Shown piece after piece: positions 1 through 10,105 of a stretch of DNA of 64,000 bases. The translations under genes and the position numbers were made by a program. This stretch comes from Minisyncoccia bacterium (lineage in GTDB: Bacteria; Patescibacteriota; Minisyncoccia; Phycocordibacterales; CALRBL01): the NCBI GenBank assembly GCA_038230075.1, contig JBBRNV010000003.1:29329-93328 (forward strand). The letters are read 5' to 3'. The first letter of the stretch is position 1. Each line of letters starts with the position of its first letter. A model generated the notes under the pieces. That model was not told the DNA's origin, searched no databases, and was given only the letters and a program-made list of their open reading frames with translations.

Positions 1-2
1 GA

Positions 3-251
3 TTACAGAAAGTGACCCACATGAGCGCCGGAAGTGACCTTAACCCCTTCTACTTCAGATGTCGCTCGGTGGATCCTGAACGCGCGGCAACTTCGTGGCC
101 AAACAGAAGAACCACTGTTGAGGAAAGAAGGCAGTTGGTTAAGGTTGTCGACGCAATGATCGCGAAGATCGACGACATGATGAAGTAGTCGAAATGACAC
201 TTCATGACGAATTATGGCCGGTACACAATAATGGTGTATCGGCTTTTCCAA
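3..251 (-). CDS. hypothetical small protein in a GC-rich segment at the window start; coding strand uncertain, because a 55-aa ORF on the + strand at 21..188 is equally plausible
   Basis: ORF track; local GC is much higher than in neighbouring genes; no recognisable motif. Confidence 0.2.
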   Translation of the reverse strand: MEKPIHHYCVPAIIRHEVSFRLLHHVVDLRDHCVDNLNQLPSFLNSGSSVWPRSCRAFRIHRATSEVEGVKVTSGAHVGHFL

Positions 252-325
252 TTTATGTTTATTATAGGGGAGGTCATCATGCTGTCTTGGTAGACAAACA
301 TCAATTAAAATTTAGTTCGAAATAG

Positions 326-398
326 GCCATCTTAGCTCAGTTGGTAGAGCACTTCACTCGTAGCGAAGAGGTCCCGAGTTCGATCCTCGGAGATGGCT
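326..398 (+). tRNA. tRNA-Thr, anticodon CGU
   Basis: Cloverleaf read directly: acceptor GCCATCT/AGATGGC, D-arm GCTCAGTTGGTAGAGC, anticodon loop CTCGTAG (U33, anticodon CGT, A37), T-arm CCGAG-TTCGATC-CTCGG, discriminator T; CCA not fully encoded. Confidence 0.8.
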
Positions 399-428
399 CA
401 GGTATAAAAAATAAGATAGAGTACGGAC

Positions 429-1313
429 ATGAGTAACGCTGAAGAACTACAGAAAAAGATTAATGAAATAGAGGCAGAAATGACCGACTCGTCTTTTTGG
501 TTAGATAAAGACAAGGCTCAACAACGAGTGAAAGAACATCAAGAACTAAAAGAAGAGTTAGAGCGAGGAGATGCTGGTCCGTACGATAAAGGAAATGCAA
601 TCATCACCATTTACTCAGGAGCAGGGGGAGATGATTCAGAAGATTTTTCTCGAATACTATTTGAAATGTATTCAAAGTATATTGCGAAGAAAAATTGGCA
701 AGCAGTATTAATACATTCGCATGAAAATGACCATGGTGGATTTCGAAATGTAACATTTGAAGTTCGAGGAAAGAATGCCTATGGAACGTTAAAAAAAGAA
801 TCAGGCGTTCATCGTTTAGTTCGCCTCTCTCCGTTTAATGCAAAACAATTACGGCACACATCATTTTCAATGGTTGAAGTGATTCCTGAATTTGAGAAAG
901 TAACAGATTTCAGTATTCCAGATGATGAACTTGAGATTTCATTCGCACGAGCAGGAGGTCCTGGTGGGCAAAATGTGAACAAAAGAGAAACAGCGGTTCG
1001 TGTAACACATCTGCCAACAAAACTAGCGGTTCACGTTACATCAGAGCGAAGTCAGGCACAAAATAAAGAAAGAGCCATTGCGCTCATTAAAGGAAAGTTA
1101 TTTAAAGCACTCGAAGAAGAGCGAATAAAAAAAGAAGGTGAAATGTATATTTCTAAAACCACTGAAGTTGAATGGGGAAATCAAATTCGTTCGTACGTCA
1201 TGCATCCTTATAAAATGGTCAAAGATCATCGAACTGATATTGAAACTTCGCAGATTGATAAAGTATTGAATGGCGAAATAGATGAATTCATTGAAGCCGA
1301 GAAAGGTTTGTAG
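429..1313 (+). CDS. prfB: peptide chain release factor 2, short form, single ORF without a programmed frameshift
   Basis: SPF tripeptide motif (RLSPFNAKQLRHTSF) and GGQ motif (GGPGGQNVNK); N-terminal region shortened relative to E. coli RF2. Confidence 0.85.
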   Translation: MSNAEELQKKINEIEAEMTDSSFWLDKDKAQQRVKEHQELKEELERGDAGPYDKGNAIITIYSGAGGDDSEDFSRILFEMYSKYIAKKNWQAVLIHSHENDHGGFRNVTFEVRGKNAYGTLKKESGVHRLVRLSPFNAKQLRHTSFSMVEVIPEFEKVTDFSIPDDELEISFARAGGPGGQNVNKRETAVRVTHLPTKLAVHVTSERSQAQNKERAIALIKGKLFKALEEERIKKEGEMYISKTTEVEWGNQIRSYVMHPYKMVKDHRTDIETSQIDKVLNGEIDEFIEAEKGL

Positions 1314-1363
1314 TGCCGATTTTGTGTGTGGTGTGTAATCTTGATGTTTGTTATACTCAAACA

Positions 1364-2044
1364 ATGATCCGCTTTGAAAATGTTTCCAAAATATATGCAG
1401 ATAACTCCATCGCTTTAGATGGTGTTTCATTTAATATTCAACCAAAAGAATTTGTTTCAGTTGTAGGTCAGTCTGGAGCAGGAAAGACAACATTAATTAA
1501 AATGATTCTTGGAGAAGAAAAACCTTCTACAGGAACTGTTTTTTTTGGTGACACCGACGTTCGAACTTTCAGAAGAGGTAACTTGAACGAATACCGTCGA
1601 AAAATAGGAACAGTCTTTCAAGATTTCAGACTTCTTCCTCACAAAACAGCATATGAAAATATTGCTTTTGCCATGGAAGCTGCAGGACGAAGTGATGAAG
1701 AAATTGCAGAAGATGTTCCACACGTGCTTGAACTTGTTGATCTCGGTAAAAAGATTTGGAATTTTCCTCATCAATTGTCTGGAGGAGAGAAACAGCGAGT
1801 AGCAATTGCTCGAGCAATTGTTAATCAACCAGATCTCATTATTGCCGATGAGCCCACAGGAAATCTTGATCCGGTAAACACGTACGAAATTGTGCAAATC
1901 TTAAAAAAGATTAACGATCTCGGCACCACAATTGTTCTCACTACTCATAATAAAGGGGTGATTGATAGTTTGGGTAAGCGAGTAATCACCATGGAATACG
2001 GCCGAATTATCAGAGATGATAACAAGGGTACTTATATTTTATAA
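1364..2044 (+). CDS. ftsE: cell-division ABC ATPase FtsE
   Basis: Walker A GQSGAGKTT, ABC signature [14 protein letters not shown], Walker [13 protein letters not shown]; sits immediately upstream of ftsX; the ATG at 1364 (MIRFENVSKIY) is preferred over the GTG at 1313 that overlaps the prfB stop. Confidence 0.85.
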   Translation: MIRFENVSKIYADNSIALDGVSFNIQPKEFVSVVGQSGAGKTTLIKMILGEEKPSTGTVFFGDTDVRTFRRGNLNEYRRKIGTVFQDFRLLPHKTAYENIAFAMEAAGRSDEEIAEDVPHVLELVDLGKKIWNFPHQLSGGEKQRVAIARAIVNQPDLIIADEPTGNLDPVNTYEIVQILKKINDLGTTIVLTTHNKGVIDSLGKRVITMEYGRIIRDDNKGTYIL

Positions 2045-2049
2045 TCAAT

Positions 2050-2976
2050 ATGTTTTTCACTAAATTAAAAAGAGTTATAAAAAGCGGATTCATTAGCTTT
2101 TGGAGAAATGGTTCAGTATCACTCGCGGCAGTTCTTGTCATGATCGTTACGCTCTCAGTCATTCTTTCTCTTGTTCTTGTTGGAATTCTTCTCAATTCAA
2201 CACTCACAGGAATCAAAGATCGAGTAGATATTAATGTATACATCACAAAAACTGCAGAAGAACCACAAATTCTCGCTCTAAAAACCGCGCTCGAAAAGTT
2301 GCCTCAAGTATTAACAGTTTCATATCAATCTCGAGATGAAGCATTAGTAGAGTTTAAAGCGCGTCACCAAAACGATGAGTTGATTCTTCAAGCGCTCGAT
2401 GAAGTGTCTGATAATCCGCTTCGTGCAAGTCTCACAATTAAAGCAGTCGATCCTTCACAATACGAAACCATCGCAAATTTCCTTGTTTCATATGCAGATC
2501 AAACACAAGATCAAGGGAAGATAATCGACAAAGCAAACTATCCAAATAATAAAGATGCGATTGATGCGCTTAGTCGAATTATTGCTTCAACTAAAAAACT
2601 TGGTTTGTCACTCGCTATTATTTTTGGATTTATCGCAACGCTCATTACGTTCAATACGATTCGTTTGGCAATTTATGTTTCTCGAGATGAAATTGCTGTG
2701 ATGCGATTGGTGGGTGCATCACGTGCATTTATTCGTGGTCCATTTATTATTGCTGGTTTAATGTACGGAATCGTTGCTACTGTCAGTACGATGCTTATCT
2801 ATTGGCCAATCGCAAAATGGATGGGGCCCATCACGGTAGATATTGGTACCGGAATTAATCTTTACGACTACTATACGTCTCATGTTTTCTACTTGTTCGG
2901 AGTTATCATTCTTATCTCACTTGTTCTCGGTGCGGTATCAAGTTTCTTGGCGATAAAAAGATATCTTAAGGTGTAA
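2050..2976 (+). CDS. ftsX: cell-division permease FtsX
   Basis: N-terminal TM segment, periplasmic domain and C-terminal TM bundle typical of FtsX; follows ftsE. Confidence 0.8.
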   Translation: MFFTKLKRVIKSGFISFWRNGSVSLAAVLVMIVTLSVILSLVLVGILLNSTLTGIKDRVDINVYITKTAEEPQILALKTALEKLPQVLTVSYQSRDEALVEFKARHQNDELILQALDEVSDNPLRASLTIKAVDPSQYETIANFLVSYADQTQDQGKIIDKANYPNNKDAIDALSRIIASTKKLGLSLAIIFGFIATLITFNTIRLAIYVSRDEIAVMRLVGASRAFIRGPFIIAGLMYGIVATVSTMLIYWPIAKWMGPITVDIGTGINLYDYYTSHVFYLFGVIILISLVLGAVSSFLAIKRYLKV

Positions 2977-2979
2977 TAT

Positions 2980-3459
2980 ATGAAAAACCTCTACCGAAAG
3001 ATCATGCACTTCTTTGATAAGTTTGAAGACCATGTTCGAGGTTTTTTAAGTCATTATCCACTATGGTATGCAATCATCGGAAGTTTCGGTATCGTTCATT
3101 TGTGGAGAGGAATTTGGCATCTTGCTGACGACTGGGGATGGAGTTCGTATAGTTCAACTATCATTGGCCTTCTTGTTCTTTTGGGAACTGGTCTTCTCGT
3201 CTCATTCTTCATTGGAGACAATATTTTGATTACAGGACTAAAAGGAGAGCGAAAACGTGTTGAAAAAACTGAAGGTGAAATTCGTGCTGAAGAAGCAGAG
3301 ATTAGTGGTCGATTTAATGAAATGAAAAAACATATTGATCATATTGAAAAAAGACTAGCAGATTTAAAGTTGTGTGTTTCAGAAACTGACAACATTCATA
3401 CATCAGTTGCAACAAAAGAAAAGAACGCTAATAACAAAGACAATAATGTGGTGGTCTAA
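2980..3459 (+). CDS. hypothetical membrane protein with a C-terminal coiled-coil
   Basis: Two predicted TM helices, then a charged helical tail. Confidence 0.5.
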   Translation: MKNLYRKIMHFFDKFEDHVRGFLSHYPLWYAIIGSFGIVHLWRGIWHLADDWGWSSYSSTIIGLLVLLGTGLLVSFFIGDNILITGLKGERKRVEKTEGEIRAEEAEISGRFNEMKKHIDHIEKRLADLKLCVSETDNIHTSVATKEKNANNKDNNVVV

Positions 3460-4351
3460 TACGAGAAAGGTAATTACACACTCGGGTAATTTTCATCCTG
3501 ATGAAATTATGGGATGTGCCATTCTCTCACTTTTGTTTAAAGAAAATATAGAGATAATTCGAACAAGAGATCAAGATATGATGGTTAAAAAAGATACAAA
3601 CGATATCGTTCTTGATGTTGGCTATCAATATAACCCAACCGAATTTCGTTTTGATCATCATCAACCCGATTTTAAAGAAAAACGAGACAATGGTATCGGA
3701 TATGCCTCATGTGGATTGATTTGGAAACACTTCGGTGATCAGTTAACAAATTCTTCGGAAATTTCAGAACGAATTGATAAAAAGTTGATACAAACAATAG
3801 ATGCAGGTGATGTTGGAATTGAACTCGCGCAACCTATTGGTGACCATTCACTTCCATACGATATAAATCATGTGCTCACTTCATTTCGTCCTACATGGAA
3901 AGAAATATCACGAACTCATGATGAAGGTTTTTTTGAAGCAGTAGAACTCGCAAAAAAAATACTTACAAGAGAAATCGCTCTTTCATCTGCTTATGTTGAA
4001 GGAAAACAAAAAGTTCTTGAAGCGTATGAATGTGCAGAAGATAAAAGAATTATTGTAATTGACGGTGGATACTCATGGGGAAGCATTATTGAAGAGAAAA
4101 ACGAACCTTTGTACGTTGTTCTTCATTCTGAACCTCAAACAACATGGGCGGTTAAATGTGTGAATGTGAAAGATAAAGAATTTGAAAGTAGAAAACTGCT
4201 TCCTGAAGCGTGGGCTGGAAAAACAGGAAAAGAATTTGAAATGGCGAGTGGAGTTTTGGGAGCTAATTTTTGCCACACAGCTCGATTTATAGCCGTCTCT
4301 AATTCAAAAGAAGGAGCTCTCGCTCTTGCAAAGCTGGCGGTTGAAGCATAG
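3446..4351 (+). CDS. MYG1 (UPF0160) family metal-dependent hydrolase
   Basis: N-terminal HSGNFHPDE motif characteristic of MYG1/UPF0160 proteins; ATG at 3446 overlaps the upstream stop by 14 nt. Confidence 0.6.
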   Translation: MWWSNTRKVITHSGNFHPDEIMGCAILSLLFKENIEIIRTRDQDMMVKKDTNDIVLDVGYQYNPTEFRFDHHQPDFKEKRDNGIGYASCGLIWKHFGDQLTNSSEISERIDKKLIQTIDAGDVGIELAQPIGDHSLPYDINHVLTSFRPTWKEISRTHDEGFFEAVELAKKILTREIALSSAYVEGKQKVLEAYECAEDKRIIVIDGGYSWGSIIEEKNEPLYVVLHSEPQTTWAVKCVNVKDKEFESRKLLPEAWAGKTGKEFEMASGVLGANFCHTARFIAVSNSKEGALALAKLAVEA

Positions 4352-4364
4352 AGTGTACTGATAT

Positions 4365-5375
4365 ATGGCATTCGTCGATGAACTAACAGTTAGTATTAAA
4401 GCAGGAAACGGCGGGCACGGAGTAGTGCGATGGCTTCATGAAAAAGGAAAGGAATTCATGGGTCCAGCTGGAGGAAACGGTGGAAATGGAGGAGATGTCT
4501 TTGTAAAAGGAGTCAGTGATTTAGGAGTACTTGCTCACTATCGTCACAAAAAACTATTTAAAGCAGAACGAGGAGAAGATGGTCAATCAAAGAGTAAATA
4601 TGGTCAAAATGGAAAAGATTTAATAATTGAAATTCCTGTTGGTTCGATGGTTACAAATAATGATACTGGAAAAGTATATGACATTGCAGAAATTGGAGAA
4701 CCAGTTCTTATTTTAAAAGGAGGAAGAGGTGGTCTTGGAAATGAACATTTTAAAGGTTCAATGAATATCCGTCCAATGGAACACACCGATGGAAAGGTGG
4801 GTGAAGAAGCGATGTTTACCATTGAACTTCTTCTCGCTGCAAGTCTTGGATTAATCGGACTTCCAAACGCCGGAAAATCTTCACTCTTGAATGCGGTGAC
4901 AAATGCAGAAGCAAAAGTTGGTGATTATCAATTCACCACACTCGAACCAAACCTTGGAGCATTCCTCGATTTCATTATTGCAGATATTCCTGGACTTATT
5001 GAAGGAGCCGGACAAGGAAAAGGATTGGGTCACAAATTCTTACGTCATGTTATGCGCACAAAGATTTTGGCACATTGCGTATCGGTTGAAAATGAAGACA
5101 TGGGTGCCGCATACGATACTATTCGACATGAGATTAAATCATTTGATATTTTACACAAAGGTCTTGTTCATGGACAAATCGAAAGTAAAGATGAGATTGT
5201 TATTATGACTAAAGTAGACAGCGTTCTTCCTGAAGTACTTGAAACAAAACGAAAAGCGCTAAAGAAACATCTAAAACGTGGAGCTAAAATACTTGAAGTG
5301 TCAGTTTACGACGACGTCTCACTTGCAGCATTCAAAAAAGAACTTTTGACTATTCTTCAAAATACAGCAAAATAA
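4365..5375 (+). CDS. obg: GTPase Obg
   Basis: Gly-rich Obg fold at the N-terminus (GNGGHGVVRW, GGNGGNGGDV); G1 motif GLPNAGKSSL; G3 DIPGLIEGA. Confidence 0.9.
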   Translation: MAFVDELTVSIKAGNGGHGVVRWLHEKGKEFMGPAGGNGGNGGDVFVKGVSDLGVLAHYRHKKLFKAERGEDGQSKSKYGQNGKDLIIEIPVGSMVTNNDTGKVYDIAEIGEPVLILKGGRGGLGNEHFKGSMNIRPMEHTDGKVGEEAMFTIELLLAASLGLIGLPNAGKSSLLNAVTNAEAKVGDYQFTTLEPNLGAFLDFIIADIPGLIEGAGQGKGLGHKFLRHVMRTKILAHCVSVENEDMGAAYDTIRHEIKSFDILHKGLVHGQIESKDEIVIMTKVDSVLPEVLETKRKALKKHLKRGAKILEVSVYDDVSLAAFKKELLTILQNTAK

Positions 5376-5383
5376 GAAGGTCT

Positions 5384-6868
5384 ATGGAAAAAAAGTATAC
5401 GCCTACAATCGGACTCGAAATTCATGCAGAAATGAGCACTGTCACAAAGATGTTTTGCGGTTGCAAAAACAATCCAGACGAAGTGCGCCCTAATTTTAAT
5501 ATTTGCCCAGTATGTATGGGTCATCCAGGAACTCTTCCTGTGGTTAATAAACAAGCAGTTAAAAATGTCCTTAAGGTTGGTATTGCTCTTGGTTCAACTA
5601 TCGCCGACTTCACTGAATTTGATCGAAAAAATTATTTCTACCCCGATATTCCAAAAGGATATCAAATTAGTCAGTATAAATTTCCTTTAATTTCTGGAGG
5701 AACACTCGATGGAGTTGAGCTCACTCGAATTCATTTAGAAGAAGATACCGCTACTTCAAAACATGAAGAAGGAGATTTTAGTTTGGTTGATTACAATCGA
5801 GCCGGTGTGCCTCTTATGGAGCTCGTGACAGAGCCTGTGATTCACTCTCCTGAACAAGCTGGTGCTTTTGCTCGAGAGTTACAACTTCTTCTTCGAACAC
5901 TTGGTGTTGGAGAAGCGAATATGGAAAAAGGTGAGATGCGAGTTGAAGCAAATATTTCTGTTTCAGAATATTCTGCTGAAGAAACTGCAAAAGATCATAG
6001 TAAATTTGGTACAAAAGTTGAGGTTAAAAACTTGAATTCATTTAAAGCTGTAGAGAAAGCCATTGCTTACGAAGTTAAGCGGCATATTGCACTTATTGAA
6101 GCAGGCGAAAAGGTTGTTCAAGAAACACGAGGATGGGATGAAAACAAACAGAGTACCTTTTCACAACGAAAGAAAGAAAATTCTCATGACTATCGATATT
6201 TTCCTGATCCTGATATTCCAAAGTTCACTTTATCTGAAATTCCTGAATTTTCTCGAGATGTTCTCTCAAAAGAATTACCTGAACTTCCATGGATAAAACG
6301 CGATCGATTCATTGCTTCATTTGATTTAAAAAAAGAAGAAGCAGACGTGTTTCTTTATAACCCAATGTTAGGTTCATATTTCGAAGCGGTGGTCGTTGAA
6401 CTTAACGCCGAAAAGAAAGCTGTTCGACTTGCTGCGAATTATATTTTGTCAGATGTGGGTGCTCATTTAAAAGTACAACCTGAAATTGATCTTGCATTAA
6501 AAATTGCTCCGAAAAACTTTGCTTCGCTCATGGCACTCATTGTTACCAATAAAGTTTCATCTCGAGGAGCAAAAGATATTCTTGAAATTATGTGGAAAGG
6601 AGAGCGAGACGGTGTTGTAGCAAAAGATGCTGACGCACAAAAAATTGCTGAGCAGTTTGATTTACTACAAAAAAGTGACGAAGGAGCACTCAAAGAAGTA
6701 CTTCACAAAATTATTTCAGAAAACCCAGGGCCGGTCGCAGACTACAAGGCTGGAAAACAGCAGGCACTTATGTTTTTTGTTGGACAAGCTATGAAAGCAA
6801 CAAAAGGATCTGCCAATCCCGAACTTCTTAAAGATATTGCAATTAAAGTCATTGCTGAATTACAATAA
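5384..6868 (+). CDS. gatB: Asp/Glu-tRNA amidotransferase subunit B
   Basis: N-terminal GLEIHAEM...CGC...CPVCMGHPGTLPV motif typical of GatB; the length and C-terminal YqeY-like domain fit. Confidence 0.9.
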   Translation: MEKKYTPTIGLEIHAEMSTVTKMFCGCKNNPDEVRPNFNICPVCMGHPGTLPVVNKQAVKNVLKVGIALGSTIADFTEFDRKNYFYPDIPKGYQISQYKFPLISGGTLDGVELTRIHLEEDTATSKHEEGDFSLVDYNRAGVPLMELVTEPVIHSPEQAGAFARELQLLLRTLGVGEANMEKGEMRVEANISVSEYSAEETAKDHSKFGTKVEVKNLNSFKAVEKAIAYEVKRHIALIEAGEKVVQETRGWDENKQSTFSQRKKENSHDYRYFPDPDIPKFTLSEIPEFSRDVLSKELPELPWIKRDRFIASFDLKKEEADVFLYNPMLGSYFEAVVVELNAEKKAVRLAANYILSDVGAHLKVQPEIDLALKIAPKNFASLMALIVTNKVSSRGAKDILEIMWKGERDGVVAKDADAQKIAEQFDLLQKSDEGALKEVLHKIISENPGPVADYKAGKQQALMFFVGQAMKATKGSANPELLKDIAIKVIAELQ

Positions 6869-6872
6869 TAGA

Positions 6873-7430
6873 ATGAATCATTCTTCTGTTCGGCACAAAG
6901 GTTTCGTTGTATCAACAATTATTTTTGCGATAACAATCTTTCTAATTGTTACAGGAGTTTTAGTATTTAATAAATCGGCTAATACCGCCGTGAAAAATAT
7001 ACTCACTTCATCTTCTACTCAAACATCAACTAATGCAGATGGTCTTGCAGAAGTTAAGAGTCAACCTGTATCAACAAGTTCTGATCCAGTAATTATCAGC
7101 CCAACGTTACTTCAACAAGATCTCACTATTTCAAGTATTTCTCCCTCATCTGGCGCAACTGGTGACAAGGTAACAATTATGGGTACTGGTTTCACTTCAG
7201 CAAATAATGAAATTATGTTTGGAAATTATAAAGCGGCAACAACTGATTCTATTGATGGAAAAACACTCAGTTTTGATATCCCTGAACGACTTCAAAATTG
7301 TACAAAAGACGCTTGTACCGACACTATTATTTTCGTGGAGAAAGGAAGGTACTCAGTTTTTGTGAGAAATACAAAAGGAGAGAGTAATCATCTCACTTTC
7401 GATGTGACCACTTCTTCAGGTATGCAATAA
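6873..7430 (+). CDS. hypothetical membrane-anchored protein with an IPT/TIG-like beta domain
   Basis: N-terminal TM helix, Ser/Thr-rich linker, and an ISPSSGATGDKVTIMGTGF motif resembling IPT/TIG domains. Confidence 0.45.
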   Translation: MNHSSVRHKGFVVSTIIFAITIFLIVTGVLVFNKSANTAVKNILTSSSTQTSTNADGLAEVKSQPVSTSSDPVIISPTLLQQDLTISSISPSSGATGDKVTIMGTGFTSANNEIMFGNYKAATTDSIDGKTLSFDIPERLQNCTKDACTDTIIFVEKGRYSVFVRNTKGESNHLTFDVTTSSGMQ

Positions 7431-7441
7431 AATGATATACT

Positions 7442-8506
7442 TTGGATATGTCACAGCAATCATCAAACGTAATTAAAGTTGGAATTAACGGCGCAGGAAG
7501 AATTGGAAGAGCTTTTTATAAACTATCACTTGAACGACCAGAAATTGAAGTCGTCGCTTTAAATGATCTCGGAGATATCGATAATTTGGCGTATCTTTTA
7601 AAATACGATAGTGCCTATGGAAGAAGTGGTCTTGAAGTTGTTGTTTCAGATGATAAGAAAAAACTTCATATCACCACAAAAGAAGGAGCGAAACATGAAG
7701 TTGCTTACATTAGCGAAAAAGATCCAGTCAATCTTCCATGGAAGGCGCTTGGAGTTGATATTGTTGTTGAGTCTACTGGTTTCTTTACAAGTTATAGCAA
7801 GGCATATCCTCACATTGTTGCTGGTGCAAAGCGTGTTGTTATTTCTGCTCCAGTTAAAGACGATGCATCTGGTCCACAAGCAGCAACGATTCTTCTTGGA
7901 ATCAATGATGATCGATTTAAAGATTCAATGATCACTTCAAATGCTTCATGTACTACAAACTCAGCAAGTCCTGTTCTGGCTATTCTAGATAAAACTATTG
8001 GAGTTGAGAAAGCGATTTTAAACACCGTGCATGGATACACAGCGAGTCAGAGTTTGGTTGATGGTCCAAGCAAAAAAGATTGGAAAGAAGGAAGAGCGGC
8101 CGCACACAATATTGTGCCCACTTCAACAGGTGCTGCAATTGCAGTTACTAAGGCACTTACACAACTTGAATCAAAATTCGACGGAGTCTCAATGCGAGTT
8201 CCTGTTATTGCAGGCTCAATTGCTGATATCACTTTCATTTCAAAACGGCCAACAACTGTGGAAGAGGTTAATAAGGTTCTTTGGGATGCTGCACAAGATG
8301 ACCACTGGAAAGGAATTTACACTGCAACAAAGGAACAATTGGTATCTGGAGACATTCTTGGAACTTCTCACGCATCAATTGCAGACCTAGGTTTAACTCG
8401 AGTGGTTGATGGAAATTTAGTGAAGGTGTGTGCATGGTACGACAACGAAATGGGATACACACATACTCTTATTGAACATGTGGTTCGAGCTTCAAAAATA
8501 ATGTAA
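7442..8506 (+). CDS. gap: glyceraldehyde-3-phosphate dehydrogenase
   Basis: NAD-binding motif INGAGRIGR; active-site motif SNASCTTN. Confidence 0.9.
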   Translation: MDMSQQSSNVIKVGINGAGRIGRAFYKLSLERPEIEVVALNDLGDIDNLAYLLKYDSAYGRSGLEVVVSDDKKKLHITTKEGAKHEVAYISEKDPVNLPWKALGVDIVVESTGFFTSYSKAYPHIVAGAKRVVISAPVKDDASGPQAATILLGINDDRFKDSMITSNASCTTNSASPVLAILDKTIGVEKAILNTVHGYTASQSLVDGPSKKDWKEGRAAAHNIVPTSTGAAIAVTKALTQLESKFDGVSMRVPVIAGSIADITFISKRPTTVEEVNKVLWDAAQDDHWKGIYTATKEQLVSGDILGTSHASIADLGLTRVVDGNLVKVCAWYDNEMGYTHTLIEHVVRASKIM

Positions 8507-8508
8507 TT

Positions 8509-8982
8509 ATGAAAATCTATTTAGCCTCTGATCATGCGGGGTTTGAAATGAAAAATGAATTAGTAAAATTTGTTACAGAACTTGGTCATGAGGCAATAGA
8601 TTGTGGACCAACTGAATATGTGAAGGGTGACGACTATCCAGACTACATTTCAAAAGCAGGAGAAGCATTAAGTGAAATGTTAGCACGAGGGGAAGATGCG
8701 AGAGCTATTATTCTCGGAGGATCGGGACAAGGTGAAGCGATGGTTGCAAATAAATATAAAAGAGTGCGAGCGGCAGTTTTCTATGGAGGGTTAGAGGAAA
8801 TTGTTGAACTTAGCCGAATGCATAATGACGCCAACTGCTTATCACTTGGTGCTCGATTTCTTTCAATAGATGGTGCTAAAGAAGTGGTTTCGATTTGGCT
8901 TAAGACTCCTTTTTTGCCAGACGAGCGTCACGTTCGACGAATTGAAAAGGTACGACGAATTGAAGACGGACTTTCTTTTTAA
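8509..8982 (+). CDS. rpiB: ribose-5-phosphate isomerase B (RpiB/LacAB family)
   Basis: MKIYLASDHAGFEMK N-terminus and a length of about 150 aa, typical of RpiB. Confidence 0.8.
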   Translation: MKIYLASDHAGFEMKNELVKFVTELGHEAIDCGPTEYVKGDDYPDYISKAGEALSEMLARGEDARAIILGGSGQGEAMVANKYKRVRAAVFYGGLEEIVELSRMHNDANCLSLGARFLSIDGAKEVVSIWLKTPFLPDERHVRRIEKVRRIEDGLSF

Positions 8983-9016
8983 TGTTCCTAATCGGCAAAT
9001 ATGCTAATGTATCTTC

Positions 9017-9760
9017 ATGGCTGAAATCATACCGGCAATATTACCTAAAAGTTATGACGACTTAGAATCAAAACTCAATTTGATTCGAGGTTTAGTGACA
9101 ACGGTGCAAATTGATATTTGTGATGGCAAACTCGTTAAGAATGCTACATGGCCTTATGTTGGTGATAAGAAGCATCGAGAATTAGATCAAGGATCAGGAA
9201 CTCATCTTGAAGCTATTTTAAATCAAGAAGAAGGAATGCCTGGTTGGGAAGATTTTGAATTTGAAATCGATCTTATGGTTACAGGAACAACCGATGTGAT
9301 TGAAGAAGAAATTAATAAATGGGCACAAATTGGTGCATCGCGAATTATTCTTCATCCTATAATTCACGACAACTTTCTTCGACCTGAAAATGACATCATC
9401 AAACTTTTTGAAGTTGCTCGATTTAATAATATGGAAGTGGGAATTGCTATTCATATTGATACACCTGTTGAATCGTATCGAAACGCCATCGTACAAGCTG
9501 ATGTAGTGCAGTGTATGGGAATTGAGCATGTGGGGTATCAGGGGCAAGAATTCGATGAGCGTGTGCTTCGAAAAATTGAAGAAGTGCTTCATTTTAGTGA
9601 AAGTGGGGTAATCTCAGTTGATGGAGGAGTAGGGCACGATAATGCCCAATTGCTGATTGATGCCAGTGTAAATCGCCTTATTGTTGGCTCTGCAATCTTC
9701 GGAAAAGATGGTTCCCAGGGAGATGCTCGAGAATCGATTGAGTATTTACAAAGCCTATAA
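9017..9760 (+). CDS. rpe: ribulose-phosphate 3-epimerase-like TIM-barrel protein
   Basis: IDICDGKLV and HxD-type motifs of the RPE family; position next to gap and rpiB (pentose-phosphate cluster). Confidence 0.6.
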   Translation: MAEIIPAILPKSYDDLESKLNLIRGLVTTVQIDICDGKLVKNATWPYVGDKKHRELDQGSGTHLEAILNQEEGMPGWEDFEFEIDLMVTGTTDVIEEEINKWAQIGASRIILHPIIHDNFLRPENDIIKLFEVARFNNMEVGIAIHIDTPVESYRNAIVQADVVQCMGIEHVGYQGQEFDERVLRKIEEVLHFSESGVISVDGGVGHDNAQLLIDASVNRLIVGSAIFGKDGSQGDARESIEYLQSL

Positions 9761-9785
9761 AACCTGCTATATTCGTGTGACATTT

Positions 9786-10043
9786 ATGAAAAAAGAAATC
9801 CACCCAGACAACTATCGAGACGTCGCATTTAAAGACACTTCAAACGGTTCTATCTTTATTCTTGGTTCAACAATTGTTACAAAAGAGACTGTAACTGTTG
9901 ATGGAAAAGAATATCCTCTCTCAAACATTGAAATCTCAAGTCAATCGCATCCATTCTATACAGGAAACGAAAAGGTTCTCGACTCAGCCGGACGTGTAGA
10001 AAAATTCAAGGCTCGACAAGCAAAAACAACTTCAAAGAAGTAA
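9786..10043 (+). CDS. rpmE: 50S ribosomal protein L31
   Basis: [14 protein letters not shown]-terminus and FYTGNEKV C-terminal region typical of L31. Confidence 0.85.
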   Translation: MKKEIHPDNYRDVAFKDTSNGSIFILGSTIVTKETVTVDGKEYPLSNIEISSQSHPFYTGNEKVLDSAGRVEKFKARQAKTTSKK

Positions 10044-10057
10044 CGAAGTTCGAAACA

Positions 10058-10085
10058 AAAGGGGCAACATGGGTTGCCTTTTTTG
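10058..10085 (+). terminator. rho-independent terminator after rpmE
   Basis: GGCAAC-ATGG-GTTGCC hairpin followed by TTTTTTG. Confidence 0.7.
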
Positions 10086-10105
10086 TATGATAAAATAATA
10101 CCTAC

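Noticed and set aside
1313-1363. GTG start for ftsE overlapping the prfB stop, with an N-terminal extension MPILCVVCNLDVCYTQT
   Set aside because: The extension is Cys-rich and unlike FtsE. The conserved ABC N-terminus begins at the ATG at 1364.
1098-1430. Antisense ORFs inside well-supported genes: 1098..1430 (-) in prfB, 7611..7931 (+) and 7646..7879 (-) in gap, 4073..4276 (-), 12118..12375 (-), 19001..19269 (-) and others
   Set aside because: They overlap genes with strong homology on the other frame or strand. Their translations are low-complexity or Phe/Leu/Ser-rich, typical of AT-rich antisense frames.
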